DNA of 64,000 bases. Origin: Candidatus Spongiisociaceae bacterium. GTDB lineage: Bacteria; Actinomycetota; Acidimicrobiia; Spongiisociales; Spongiisociaceae. A program made the position numbers and the translations under genes. Shown piece by piece: positions 40,866-50,013 of the stretch (positions within the stretch are counted from its first letter, which is position 1; every line of letters starts with the position of its first letter). The notes beneath the pieces were generated by a model. It was not told the DNA's origin, made no database searches, and was given only the letters and a program-made list of their open reading frames with translations. The DNA is taken from positions 2,592,001 through 2,656,000 of the forward strand of contig OZ241841.1 in NCBI GenBank assembly GCA_965202665.1, written 5' to 3'.

Positions 40866-41390
40866 ATGGAACCGTTGAATATTGATCTAGAGGCGCCCGA
40901 CATTGATCCGAGCGCCTTCGTAGCCCCCGGCACGCACCTTTACGGGCGGGTGCGGGTGGGGCCGCAGGCGGTGATAATGTTCGGGGCGTCGTTGCGCGCC
41001 GAATTGGATCGGATCGTCATCGGGCGGTGCAGCAACGTGCAGGACAATGTGGTGATGCACGCCGATGAAGGGTTGCCGTGCCTGGTGGGGGAGCGGGTGA
41101 CGGTGGGGCACAACGCCACCGTGCACGGGGCGGTGGTGGGGGACAACTGCCTGATCGGAATCGGGGCCCGGGCTTTGAACGGTTCGACGCTGGGGGAGGG
41201 GGCGTGGCTGGCGGCGGGAGCGGTGCTGCCCGAAGGCCGGGAAATACCGCCGTGGACTTTGGCGGTGGGCATCCCCGCCAAACCGGTGCGGGAACTGACC
41301 CCCGAAGAAAAAGCCCGCCAAGACGCAGGCGTAGACCACTACCAACAGTTCGCCGCCCTATACCGCCGCCACCTAGCACCCCCACAATAA
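40866..41390 (+). CDS. Gamma-carbonic-anhydrase-family hexapeptide-repeat protein
   Basis: 'SNVQDNVVMH', 'TVGHNATVHG', 'GIPAKPVREL'. Confidence 0.9.
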   Translation: MEPLNIDLEAPDIDPSAFVAPGTHLYGRVRVGPQAVIMFGASLRAELDRIVIGRCSNVQDNVVMHADEGLPCLVGERVTVGHNATVHGAVVGDNCLIGIGARALNGSTLGEGAWLAAGAVLPEGREIPPWTLAVGIPAKPVRELTPEEKARQDAGVDHYQQFAALYRRHLAPPQ

Positions 41391-41404
41391 CCGCCCCGGC
41401 CACT

Positions 41405-41427
41405 CCATCTAGCATCCGACTAGATGG
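41405..41427. terminator. Hairpin between convergent genes
   Basis: CCATCTAG...CTAGATGG inverted repeat, with the right arm duplicated in tandem. Confidence 0.4.
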
Positions 41428-41442
41428 CTAGATGGACGCGGT

Positions 41443-42627
41443 CTATTTACGGCGTCCCTGTTTTGTACGCCGGACTGTCCACCGATATGACGACCGCCCC
41501 ATGACAATCCAAGCGACGGGTTCCCACCAACGTTGCGCCCATCCCTCTAGCATACTAAGGTTGCTAATAACCTGGGTTGATCCTATAGCGGCTAATAATA
41601 CCAACAGTACTGTGATCCAATCTTGACCTAACTCTCGCCGGTAGTTGTGTTCTTGCTGTCGAAGCTCGCGTTTTCTTTCCACCGTGCGCTCTATGACGGG
41701 TAAAGAACTTTCCAAGTCACCTATCTCTTTATCGAGACGGCTGGTGGCAACCAACTGATTCAATACATTTACTTCTCGGGTAGAGGATGTGGGGGATGGC
41801 GAAGTCCGCTGTTTGTATGTTTGCAGAAAACGGGTTGCAGTAATCAAGTGCCCATCTTGATCAAAGTCTGTTCCTTCATCATCTAGGAGGGTGATTGCTG
41901 ATTTGTTGAGTTGATTGGAGTGGTTCCACACAGACTGTAATCTGAGTTCCATTTCTACTAACATTTGTTTAGTTATATTAGCATTTTCTTTGTCTCCCCA
42001 GGTTCCGGCTACTACTGCGGACCAGGTTGCGTAGATAGTCGTGTGTGGGTTGGGATCGATATCACTCAAATTCTGCAAGCGAGTAAGTTCCATAGAATCA
42101 AAGTCAAGTTGGTTGATTTCGCGTGCTGTCATTTTATCATTTATGCCAACAGTAGAGCGATCAGAGATTATCTTGAGTGCTTTATCAGCCTTTTCGGTTG
42201 GAGAACCGTCCATTTCTAGGATATAGAAGTTGAACACATAGCTAGCCTTGGTTTGTCGCCAGTTTCCCACCCCCAGATTTTCCAGTAATTCTGCCAGGAA
42301 GGGGTTACCCTCGTTACTGAGCAAATGGTTATTCAAACGGTTGCGTTCGATCAAGATATTCTTTGCCATATCGTATTCAGATTGGGTAGGCTGAGGTTCT
42401 ATGTTGTGAAGGAGGAAACAGGCTGAAGTGTCGATAAAAACCAGATCCACGTGATAGTCGGTTCCATCCGGCAACTGGATAGGATCTGGAAAATGATAGG
42501 CTAAGTAGTTGATTGTCCCCAGAGTATCGGAGCGCGACCAACCCATCTTTTGTGCCTGCTTGTGGGTATGTTCTGAACCCTCCCTACCGATCTCAAAGGG
42601 TAGGATGGCGTATTCGTGGCGAATCAT
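41443..42627 (-). CDS. Hypothetical membrane protein with CorA-like architecture (soluble domain, helical stalk, two C-terminal TMs)
   Basis: Lower GC. Start MIRHEY overlaps the isochorismatase stop (ATGA). Long helices precede 'WITVLLVLLAAIG' and 'WWEPVAWIVMG'. No GMN motif. Confidence 0.6.
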   Translation of the reverse strand: MIRHEYAILPFEIGREGSEHTHKQAQKMGWSRSDTLGTINYLAYHFPDPIQLPDGTDYHVDLVFIDTSACFLLHNIEPQPTQSEYDMAKNILIERNRLNNHLLSNEGNPFLAELLENLGVGNWRQTKASYVFNFYILEMDGSPTEKADKALKIISDRSTVGINDKMTAREINQLDFDSMELTRLQNLSDIDPNPHTTIYATWSAVVAGTWGDKENANITKQMLVEMELRLQSVWNHSNQLNKSAITLLDDEGTDFDQDGHLITATRFLQTYKQRTSPSPTSSTREVNVLNQLVATSRLDKEIGDLESSLPVIERTVERKRELRQQEHNYRRELGQDWITVLLVLLAAIGSTQVISNLSMLEGWAQRWWEPVAWIVMGRSSYRWTVRRTKQGRRK

Positions 42628-43139
42628 CGGATTTGACCGGAGCCGATTTGGCGACGGAGGATGAGTAGGGCGTTTTGATGATATTCTTCTCCGGCGTGGC
42701 TGGCTGATGCTTTGGAAAGCACCACTGGCCGGATGTCGTTTTCGAACAGGTCCACCGCGCATTTCATAACGCACACGTCGGTGTCTATGCCGCATACGTG
42801 CACTTTGGTGACTCTCCGTTGGCGGAGCGTGTCTAGGAAATCCGGGGTGACGCAGGTGTAGATGGTTTTGTCGATGATTTCCGCCTTGGGCGAAGGAGTG
42901 AACGCCAGTTCCGTGTCGCGCGAACCTTCCCCGAAACGATGCCAGTCGATCAGGTTGCGGTAGGGGGAACCGGTGCCGTTGATGAACCGGGTGGCGAAGA
43001 TGTGCGCGTAGCGGGCTTGCAGTTCTTCAACCAGCGGGATTACATGGCGGGTGGAATCGTTGATAAAACCGCGCTGGACATCCACGATCAGCAGGGCGGT
43101 ATCACGCGGCTCAAGTTTGGCGACGGGTTCCGGCGTCAT
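42624..43139 (-). CDS. Isochorismatase-family cysteine hydrolase
   Basis: 'LLIVDVQRGF', 'IIDKTIY', 'CGIDTDVCV' (D-K-C triad). Confidence 0.9.
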   Translation of the reverse strand: MTPEPVAKLEPRDTALLIVDVQRGFINDSTRHVIPLVEELQARYAHIFATRFINGTGSPYRNLIDWHRFGEGSRDTELAFTPSPKAEIIDKTIYTCVTPDFLDTLRQRRVTKVHVCGIDTDVCVMKCAVDLFENDIRPVVLSKASASHAGEEYHQNALLILRRQIGSGQIR

Positions 43140-43250
43140 CGGGTCATTATATCAGGCGGCGGGTTATGCGGAGCTCGGACGGTAACGGGACGCCCGCCGG
43201 AGGAGAGGAGGTAAAGGGGCGGGTTTGGGTTGGGCCGCGGGCGGGGTTGG

Positions 43251-45470
43251 CTACCCTTCTTCCGGTTCGGGGGTTTCCTGCGGCGCTTCGTCGTTATCGG
43301 CGGGGTCTTCGGTCCAGGTGGGTTCTTCGGCGGCTATGACCGTGCTTACCAAAGGCAGGATCACTTTGAACTCGGTGCTTTCGCCCGGTTCGGTTTTCAC
43401 CTTGATTTCGCCGCCGTGCTGGCGGATTATGTCGCTGGACAGGGCCAACCCCAGCCCGGTCCCCTTGTCGGTGGCTTTGGTAGTGAAAAACGGGTTGAAA
43501 ATCTTGTCCACGATCTCATCGGGTATGCCGCCCCCATTGTCCCGGACGCTGATCTCCGCCGTCTCCCGGGCCCGGCGGGTCGTTATCCACACCGTGGGCA
43601 TGTAGCCGGTTTCGCCGGCTTCCTGCAGTTTGTAGCGGCGTTCGTCGGTGGCCTGGCAGGCGTTGCCCACGATATTCAAAAACACCCGGCCCAGGTCCTG
43701 CGGGATCACGTCCAACGAACCCAACTCCGGGTCGTAGTCTTTCTCGATGGTCAGGTTGAAGTCCGGGTCCACCGCCCGGGCGCTGTGGTAGGCGAGCAGG
43801 GTGTGTTGATCCACCAAGCCGTTGATGTCGGTGGACTGGTGTTCGCCCCCTCCCCGGCCCATCCGCAACATGTCCTGCACGATCCGATTGGCGCGGTCGC
43901 CGTGGGAGCGGATGCGCTCCAAGTTGTCGGTCAGATCCTTGGCTATTTCCAGGAGCTCCTCCCGTTGTTCCGCCCGGTCCGTATCCTCTTCGGCCAGCAC
44001 CTCTTTCAACTCGACGATAAGTTCCGCCGAGGCTTCGGAGAAGTTCTTAACGAAGTTCAACGGGTTGCGTATCTCATGGGCCACCCCCGCCGTCACCTCC
44101 CCCAAAGCGGCCAGTTTCTCCCGCATCACGATCTGGTCTTGGGCTTGCTGCAGATCCTCTAGCACATCTTCCAACTGGGTGTTTTTGTCGCCCAGCTCCT
44201 GGGCCAACTGTTCCACCAGGTTCAAACGTTGCACCTCCAGGGCGTGGCGGCGGAACACTTCCAGGGCCTCCGCCATTTCCGCCAACTCCCCCCGTCCCTC
44301 CACCGTCACGCCCTCCTCCAAGTCGCCTTCCGCCATGCGGCGCATCCGGCCCGACAGGCGGTTGATGCGACGCAGCAGAATCCGCCCCACTATCACCCAG
44401 CTGATGAGCAAGGCCCCGACAATCCCCAATCCGCTGATGGTCAGCAGCAGGGTGCGCCCGGTGCGGATGGCCTGGGCGGACGCCTGGGTGGCCCGGTCGG
44501 CGCTTTCCTGGGCGGAAGCGACCACCTCGTTTACGGCCGCCACCAGGGAAAGCCCCAGATCCTGATTTTGGGACAGCAACTGCCGTTGCGTTTCTTCCAG
44601 GCGCAGGCGCTGGGCCAGCAGGGAAAAGCCGCTGTCTTCGCTGGCGCTTATTTCAAACAGCCGGTTGAGGAGGGGTTCCACTTCCGACCGCAGGGCCGAG
44701 TCGCCCAACCCGCCCAGGCTGGCCTCCAGATGGCTGCGGGTGGATTCGAAACTTTCCCGCAGGGGTTCCACCTGGGCGGCGTTGGAAACGCTGAAAGCGC
44801 TGGACAGCAACTGGACGGCCAGGGTGGAATCGGAGCGCAAAGCGGCCAAGTTGCGGTAAAAATTGAATTGGGTTTCGGAGAAATGAACTTCGCGGGAGAC
44901 AGGGTCTTCGCCCAGGCGCAGATAGCCGGTCAGCTGGTAGAACAGCTGGTCGTCGATCGCTGGAACCAGCAGGCCGTCCAACTGGTCGCGCAGGTTGTTG
45001 AGCTCCGAAAGCAAAGCGTCGCTTCGTTCGTTTAGGGCGAACTGGGTCGGTTTGTCCCCCTCGATGGTGTCCAGGTTGGAGAAAATAATCTGGGCGTCGG
45101 TGCGGATTCGGTCGAATGGGGAATCAGCCGTGTCCATCACCTCCAAGATGGATATTTGATCCTGGAAGGCGGTCCGCGCCAGTTCTATCTCCTCCGACGC
45201 CACCGCCAAATCCTCGGATGCGGCGGCGGCGGTCAGCCGGGGGGCGGCCGCGGCCAGGGTGCTGGCCGAATCGGCGATGCGGATGGCGGCGGCCATGGCC
45301 GGAATGCTCCCTTCGGCCACCCGGCTCTGGGCGTCGCTGACGCGGTTGAACGAAAACCAACCGACGATGGCGGCGGCGATGGTCAGCAGCACCGCCCCGC
45401 TGATCGCCATGTACATCTGAGTGGAAATGCGGAACCGGAGGTTCAGCATGCGTCGGAAAGCGCCCGCCAT
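43251..45470 (-). CDS. Sensor histidine kinase (TorS-like helical extracellular sensor, HAMP, HisKA, HATPase)
   Basis: Two TMs, HAMP 'GELAEMAEAL', 'AGVAHEIRNPL', 'DNGGGI', 'FFTTK', 'GTGLGL'. Confidence 0.93.
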   Translation of the reverse strand: MAGAFRRMLNLRFRISTQMYMAISGAVLLTIAAAIVGWFSFNRVSDAQSRVAEGSIPAMAAAIRIADSASTLAAAAPRLTAAAASEDLAVASEEIELARTAFQDQISILEVMDTADSPFDRIRTDAQIIFSNLDTIEGDKPTQFALNERSDALLSELNNLRDQLDGLLVPAIDDQLFYQLTGYLRLGEDPVSREVHFSETQFNFYRNLAALRSDSTLAVQLLSSAFSVSNAAQVEPLRESFESTRSHLEASLGGLGDSALRSEVEPLLNRLFEISASEDSGFSLLAQRLRLEETQRQLLSQNQDLGLSLVAAVNEVVASAQESADRATQASAQAIRTGRTLLLTISGLGIVGALLISWVIVGRILLRRINRLSGRMRRMAEGDLEEGVTVEGRGELAEMAEALEVFRRHALEVQRLNLVEQLAQELGDKNTQLEDVLEDLQQAQDQIVMREKLAALGEVTAGVAHEIRNPLNFVKNFSEASAELIVELKEVLAEEDTDRAEQREELLEIAKDLTDNLERIRSHGDRANRIVQDMLRMGRGGGEHQSTDINGLVDQHTLLAYHSARAVDPDFNLTIEKDYDPELGSLDVIPQDLGRVFLNIVGNACQATDERRYKLQEAGETGYMPTVWITTRRARETAEISVRDNGGGIPDEIVDKIFNPFFTTKATDKGTGLGLALSSDIIRQHGGEIKVKTEPGESTEFKVILPLVSTVIAAEEPTWTEDPADNDEAPQETPEPEEG

Positions 45471-45471
45471 C

Positions 45472-46737
45472 TCAGCCGCCTCCGTTCAAGCGCAAGTCGT
45501 CGGCGGGCTGATAGGCGCCGTCGGGTCCGATGACGGTCACGAACACCTGATCCGAACCCTGATTGTCGCCCGCCCCGTACGACAGGCGGAACCCGTCGAT
45601 GTCTATGACGTCGCCCCGCAGCAGGGAATCCAGGAAGCAGAGGCGGTCCACCGCCCGTCCGCACCGCTCCAAACCGGCGATGGCCAACCGCCCCGCCAGA
45701 TAACCTTCCAGCGAAACGAAGCCCGGTTCGGCGGAAGGATCCAAGTCGGACAGGGCCCGCTGATAGGCGGCCACCACCGGTTGGGAATCATCGGTGGGGA
45801 AAGGCACCACCTGGGTGACGAACACCCCCTCCCCGGTCGGGCCCAACTCTTGGGCCAGGGCGTTGCTGCCCACGAACGAAATGTTGATGAACACCGAATC
45901 CATTCCGATGTGCCGGGCCCAGGCGATAAGGGTCGCCACCGGACGGTAGGCCCCCACCACGATCACCCCCTGCGGGTCGCCCTGCATCAGGTCCAGCAGG
46001 CCGGTTTTGACGGCCGTGGTGTTGCGGGGGTAAAGCCCGATGGAAACCGGTTGCATGTTCCGCCGTTGCAGGGCGGCCAAAGCCCCCTGGTATCCGGCCC
46101 GTCCGAACGAATCGTCCTGGTACATGATGGCGATCCGGTCGAAACCCAAATCGGTGGTGAGGCGGGCCACCATCTCCTCGGTTTCCTGGGCGTAGGAGGC
46201 CCGCAGGTTGATGATGTTGCCCCAGCTTTCGTCCCGCAGGAAAGAGGCCCCGGTGAAAGGGGCTATGAACGGAATGGCCGCTTCGGAGGCCACCGGGGCC
46301 GCCGAGCGGGAAGTGGGGGTGCCCACCTCGCCGATCAGGGCGAACACCTCTTCTCTTTCGATCAGCTGCATGGTGTTGCTGATCGCCTGCGTCGGCTCGT
46401 AGCCGTCGTCCAAAGCCACCAGTTCCAACATGCGGCCGTGCACTCCGCCCCGCCGGTTGGCTTCGGCGAAAGCGGCTTCGATGCCCATCCGCACCCCGAT
46501 CCCCAGTTCTTGGGCGGGGCCGGTGAACGCCGCCGACTGACCGAACCGAACGCGGTCCGCGAAGACGCCGTTGGTCGCCCCGGTCCCGGCCGAGCCGATG
46601 GCCCGGGAAAGCGGGTTTTCCTCCGGAGCGGTGGTGGTGGACGGCGCTGGGGCTTCGGAGCCGCAGGCGGACATTAACAGGCCCGCCCCCAGCAAAACCG
46701 CCGCCAGCCCCAACCCGAGCCGGGCGCGGGGATTCAT
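45472..46737 (-). CDS. Lipoprotein substrate-binding protein (LivJ/Peripla_BP_6-like)
   Basis: Lipobox 'LLMSAC', 'FGQSAAFTGPA', 'ALDDGYEP', 'VGTPT', 'NLRASY', 'YQDDSFG'. Confidence 0.88.
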   Translation of the reverse strand: MNPRARLGLGLAAVLLGAGLLMSACGSEAPAPSTTTAPEENPLSRAIGSAGTGATNGVFADRVRFGQSAAFTGPAQELGIGVRMGIEAAFAEANRRGGVHGRMLELVALDDGYEPTQAISNTMQLIEREEVFALIGEVGTPTSRSAAPVASEAAIPFIAPFTGASFLRDESWGNIINLRASYAQETEEMVARLTTDLGFDRIAIMYQDDSFGRAGYQGALAALQRRNMQPVSIGLYPRNTTAVKTGLLDLMQGDPQGVIVVGAYRPVATLIAWARHIGMDSVFINISFVGSNALAQELGPTGEGVFVTQVVPFPTDDSQPVVAAYQRALSDLDPSAEPGFVSLEGYLAGRLAIAGLERCGRAVDRLCFLDSLLRGDVIDIDGFRLSYGAGDNQGSDQVFVTVIGPDGAYQPADDLRLNGGG

Positions 46738-46777
46738 CCGGGCGGATCTCCTGATAATCGGGTCATCCGACCCCGGT

Positions 46778-47230
46778 TCATCGATACCTGGGTTCATCGG
46801 CGGTGGAAACGGTCAGGGTGAGGTGGTTGCGCCCCTCCTCCCGCTGGTAGGTGGCGTCGTCCACGATGGTGCGCACCATGTGAACTCCCAGGCCGCCGAT
46901 GGGCCGGTCGTCCAAAGGCGCGTCCAGATCGGGGCGGGGGGCGTCTTTGATCGGATCAAAAGGGGTTCCGTTGTCGAACAGTTCTATGGTCAGGGCGTCC
47001 GGCCGGGAAACGAGCGTTATTTCCAGTTCGCTGTTTCCCTGTTGATTGCGTCCGTGGGTCAGGGAGTTGAGGCCCAGTTCCTCCAAAATCAGGTTGACTT
47101 TGAACACCAAACCGGACGGCCAGTTCTCCCGGCGCCCAAGTTCCTCCACCGCGTCCGTGATGTCAGTCAGGATGTCGGCGCTGGTTTTACCGCTCCCGGT
47201 GTCGAACTTGAGGGTGAGTTCGTTGCTCAA
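46778..47230 (-). CDS. RsbW-like anti-sigma factor/Ser-Thr kinase (HATPase_c_2)
   Basis: 'LILEELGLNSLTHG', 'DNGTPFDP', 'GGLGVHMVR', 'GRNHLTL'. Confidence 0.88.
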   Translation of the reverse strand: MSNELTLKFDTGSGKTSADILTDITDAVEELGRRENWPSGLVFKVNLILEELGLNSLTHGRNQQGNSELEITLVSRPDALTIELFDNGTPFDPIKDAPRPDLDAPLDDRPIGGLGVHMVRTIVDDATYQREEGRNHLTLTVSTADEPRYR

Positions 47231-47256
47231 TGGTCGTCCAGTCCCCGGTTGTGCTC

Positions 47257-48453
47257 CTAGTGTCGGCGCAGAACCAGGCAGGTGATGTCATCGGACTGGG
47301 GATGGTCACCGGCGAAGGCGTGCACCGCCTCGAAAATAGCCTGGTTGGCCTCCCGGGAATCCAAAGGGGCGCCGTCGGCGAACACCGCCTGCAACCGTTC
47401 CAACCCGAACTCTTCTTCGGCGGCGTTCATCGCTTCGGTCACCCCGTCCGTGTAGAAAATCACCGACTCGCCCGGGGCGAGGGTGATGGCGTTCTGTCCG
47501 AAGTCCATGTCCGGGGCCACTCCCAGGGCGATCCCCTGCACCGGGGGGAGCACCTCGGAGGAGCCGTCCTGTTTTACCAGAAGAGGCGGATTATGGCCGC
47601 CGTTGGCGTAGGTCAGTTCCCCGTTCCGCGGGTTGTAAATGGCGTAGAACAAGGTGACGAACATGGTCTGTTCGTTTTCCTCGTGCAACAGGTTGTTGAC
47701 CTCGTTCAGCACCTCGCCTGGGTTTTCCAGCCCGATGGCGCTGCCTTTCAGCCAGGTGCGGCTCGACATCATAAACAAGGCGGCCGGCACGCCCTTGTCG
47801 GAAACATCGGCGATGGCCAAGCCGACCCGTTCGTTTTCCAAAGAGACTATGTCGTAGAAGTCGCCCCCCACGTTGCGGGCCGGTTCCATGCTGGCGAACA
47901 CCTGATAGCCGTCGGTTTCGGGGAAATGGGTGGGCAGAATGGAAATCTGCATCTTGTTGGCCACGTCCAACTCGTTTTGGAGGGTCACCAGTTGGTCGCG
48001 GGAGGCGAGGGCTTCCCGCCATTCGGTGAGGTGCTTCAAGGTGCGGTCGATGGTCAGTTTCAGATCTTCGAAATCCACCGGTTTGGTTACGAAATCAAAA
48101 GCCCCCCGATTCATGGCGGTGCGGATGTTCTTCATGTCCCCGTAGGCGGAAATGATCACCGAGCGAATGTTGGGGTCCACTTTGGGGATCTGCTCCAACA
48201 GGGTCAGCCCGTCCATCTGCGGCATGTTGATGTCGGACAGCACCATGTCGATCTCGTCGTCTTCGCTCAGCCTCTCCAAGGCTTGGACGCCGTTGTTGGC
48301 GAAGACGAAGGTGTAGCGCCCGGAGCGAATGCTGCGCCGCATGCGCTGCAACATCAGCGGCTCCAAGTCCGGTTCGTCGTCGACCACCAGAATCTTGTAA
48401 GTGGTCTTGTCCTCGTCGGTTGTCCGTTTGGTGTCCGTGTCGGTCATGGTCAT
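47257..48453 (-). CDS. Receiver + SpoIIE/PP2C phosphatase (RsbU/RsbP-like)
   Basis: 'ILVVDDE', 'SDINMPQMDG', 'VGGDFYD', 'IADVSDKG', 'YTDGVTEA', 'DDIT'. Confidence 0.93.
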   Translation of the reverse strand: MTMTDTDTKRTTDEDKTTYKILVVDDEPDLEPLMLQRMRRSIRSGRYTFVFANNGVQALERLSEDDEIDMVLSDINMPQMDGLTLLEQIPKVDPNIRSVIISAYGDMKNIRTAMNRGAFDFVTKPVDFEDLKLTIDRTLKHLTEWREALASRDQLVTLQNELDVANKMQISILPTHFPETDGYQVFASMEPARNVGGDFYDIVSLENERVGLAIADVSDKGVPAALFMMSSRTWLKGSAIGLENPGEVLNEVNNLLHEENEQTMFVTLFYAIYNPRNGELTYANGGHNPPLLVKQDGSSEVLPPVQGIALGVAPDMDFGQNAITLAPGESVIFYTDGVTEAMNAAEEEFGLERLQAVFADGAPLDSREANQAIFEAVHAFAGDHPQSDDITCLVLRRH

Positions 48454-48519
48454 TGTTTTGATCCTAACGATGTCGGTGGAAGGTTAAGGTTTTGCCGTTC
48501 GACCGGGCCGGGCCCGCCC

Positions 48520-48855
48520 CTAGGACATGGCCGCGATGGCGGCGGCCGGAGAATCGTGGATGGTGATGATCTGGTTGAAACCGCTCATCGTGAAAATTTC
48601 CAGCACCGAATCCGAAAGCGAACATATCGCAAACTGCGACTGCTGTTGTTTCAAATCCTTGGCGATCAGCAGAATGATGCGCAGGCCGGCGCTGCTGATG
48701 TAGTCCAACTTTTCCAAGTCCAAGATGACCCTTTTGTCATCCGGGGCGATGGACGATTTGATGCCCTCCTGGAAGGAGGCGGCGGTGGAGCCGTCCACCC
48801 GTCCCTCGGTTTTAAGGACCAACGCCCCGCTTTCCCGCTCGCTGTTGATCTCCAT
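48520..48855 (-). CDS. STAS anti-anti-sigma factor (RsbV-like)
   Basis: 'GRVD', 'LDYISSAGLR', 'IFTMSGF'. SD AAGGAG before ATG 48855. Confidence 0.9.
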   Translation of the reverse strand: MEINSERESGALVLKTEGRVDGSTAASFQEGIKSSIAPDDKRVILDLEKLDYISSAGLRIILLIAKDLKQQQSQFAICSLSDSVLEIFTMSGFNQIITIHDSPAAAIAAMS

Positions 48856-49126
48856 GTTCTGGTTCTCCTTTACTCGGAATGGACCTGCGCGCGCCCCAAA
48901 TTCCAGGACGCCCATTGTAGCGGAGGCGGGGCGGGGGCGGGCGCGTCGGATGTCATCTCCGTCTCCTTAGTTCCCCGGCTCGCCGATTGGTCTGCGCCGC
49001 CGGCCCGGGGCCGCCGGGGCGCACCGCGCGCCGATATTACCACCTCGGCCTCCTTTCGCCGCGCTCAGCGGGAGGGATGCCTCAATGGGCTTTGGGTAAT
49101 GCCGCGCCATAGGCTAGCCTGCCGGT

Positions 49127-49435
49127 ATGAGCCGCGTCGCCGATATTCCGAAACTGGTCTCAGAACTGGCCGAGCTGACCAAAGCTTATCTGGCGGAGAA
49201 CACGGTGCAGCCGTTGCGCCGCATCGGCCGCTTCGCCGGTTTGAGCCTGCTGGGGGGAATTTTGATGGCGGTGGGATGGGTTCTGCTGTCGGTGGCCGGG
49301 TTGCGCCTGTTGCTGTCCGTTCTGCCCGACACCCCCTTGTGGAGCGCGCTGGCCTACGTCTTGGCCTCGTTGGCCGCCCTGATCGCCGCCTCGGCGCTCA
49401 TAATGGGGGCCTCCCGCAGCAAGGCCCGTCCCTGA
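49127..49435 (+). CDS. Actinobacterial holin-X-like two-TM protein
   Basis: 'LVSELAELTKAYL.E.TVQPLRRIGR' followed by two TMs. Upstream TAGCCT -10, probably leaderless. Confidence 0.6.
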   Translation: MSRVADIPKLVSELAELTKAYLAENTVQPLRRIGRFAGLSLLGGILMAVGWVLLSVAGLRLLLSVLPDTPLWSALAYVLASLAALIAASALIMGASRSKARP

Positions 49436-49460
49436 CCGGCCGGCGCGAGAGGCGAATGAC

Positions 49461-49724
49461 ATGACCGACCGGCCCCGCCCCTCCGCCGGAGCGGAACCGG
49501 AGCCCCGGGAGGGCGACGCCGCCGGACCCGATTCCCCCGATCTGCTGCGGCGGATAGAGGCCAAAGCCCGGGAGTTGGAGGAGGCGGTGGCGGGGGCCGG
49601 CGCCCAGGCCCGCAAAGGGGCCGGGTTGGCCGTCTTGGGGGCGGTCGCCTCGGCCGGGCTGGCCGTCTTCCGGTCCCGGCGCCGCAAACGGGGGGCGACC
49701 AGGATAGAAATTCACCGGCTTTAA
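49461..49724 (+). CDS. Small membrane-anchored hypothetical protein (DUF3618-like context)
   Basis: Coiled coil, one hydrophobic helix, basic tail. Confidence 0.5.
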   Translation: MTDRPRPSAGAEPEPREGDAAGPDSPDLLRRIEAKARELEEAVAGAGAQARKGAGLAVLGAVASAGLAVFRSRRRKRGATRIEIHRL

Positions 49725-49730
49725 AAAATC

Positions 49731-49745
49731 GGGGGGGGGGGGGGG
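49731..49745. repeat. G15 homopolymer between convergent stop codons
   Basis: Direct count: AAAAAATC-G15-CTA. Confidence 0.9.
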
Positions 49746-49940
49746 CTACCGGTCGTCGGGGATGCGGATCACCGCCGACTGGCCGGGCCGCAGGTACATG
49801 CTGGCCGCCGCCCGCCGCCGGGCGCGCCGCCGCCCCCGAACCTGCAACCAGACGCCGGCCGCCCCCGCCGCCAGCAACAGAACACGGCGTTCCCGTATTC
49901 CCCGCTCCAACAGGCGCACCGCCCAGTTTTTGGTTACCAT
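49746..49940 (-). CDS. Small hypothetical membrane protein
   Basis: 'LLERGIRE', one TM, 'LRPGQSAVI'. Confidence 0.45.
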   Translation of the reverse strand: MVTKNWAVRLLERGIRERRVLLLAAGAAGVWLQVRGRRRARRRAAASMYLRPGQSAVIRIPDDR

Positions 49941-50013
49941 TGCCGTAACAGGATAGGGATGGGAACGGGGATTAGGCAAAGCCGAGAGGGGGTCGGATGA
50001 CGGGAAAGGCGGT

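Noticed and set aside
49127-49435. Holin-like gene as evidence of a prophage
   Set aside because: This family is a common chromosomal actinobacterial gene, and no lysin or phage genes are nearby.
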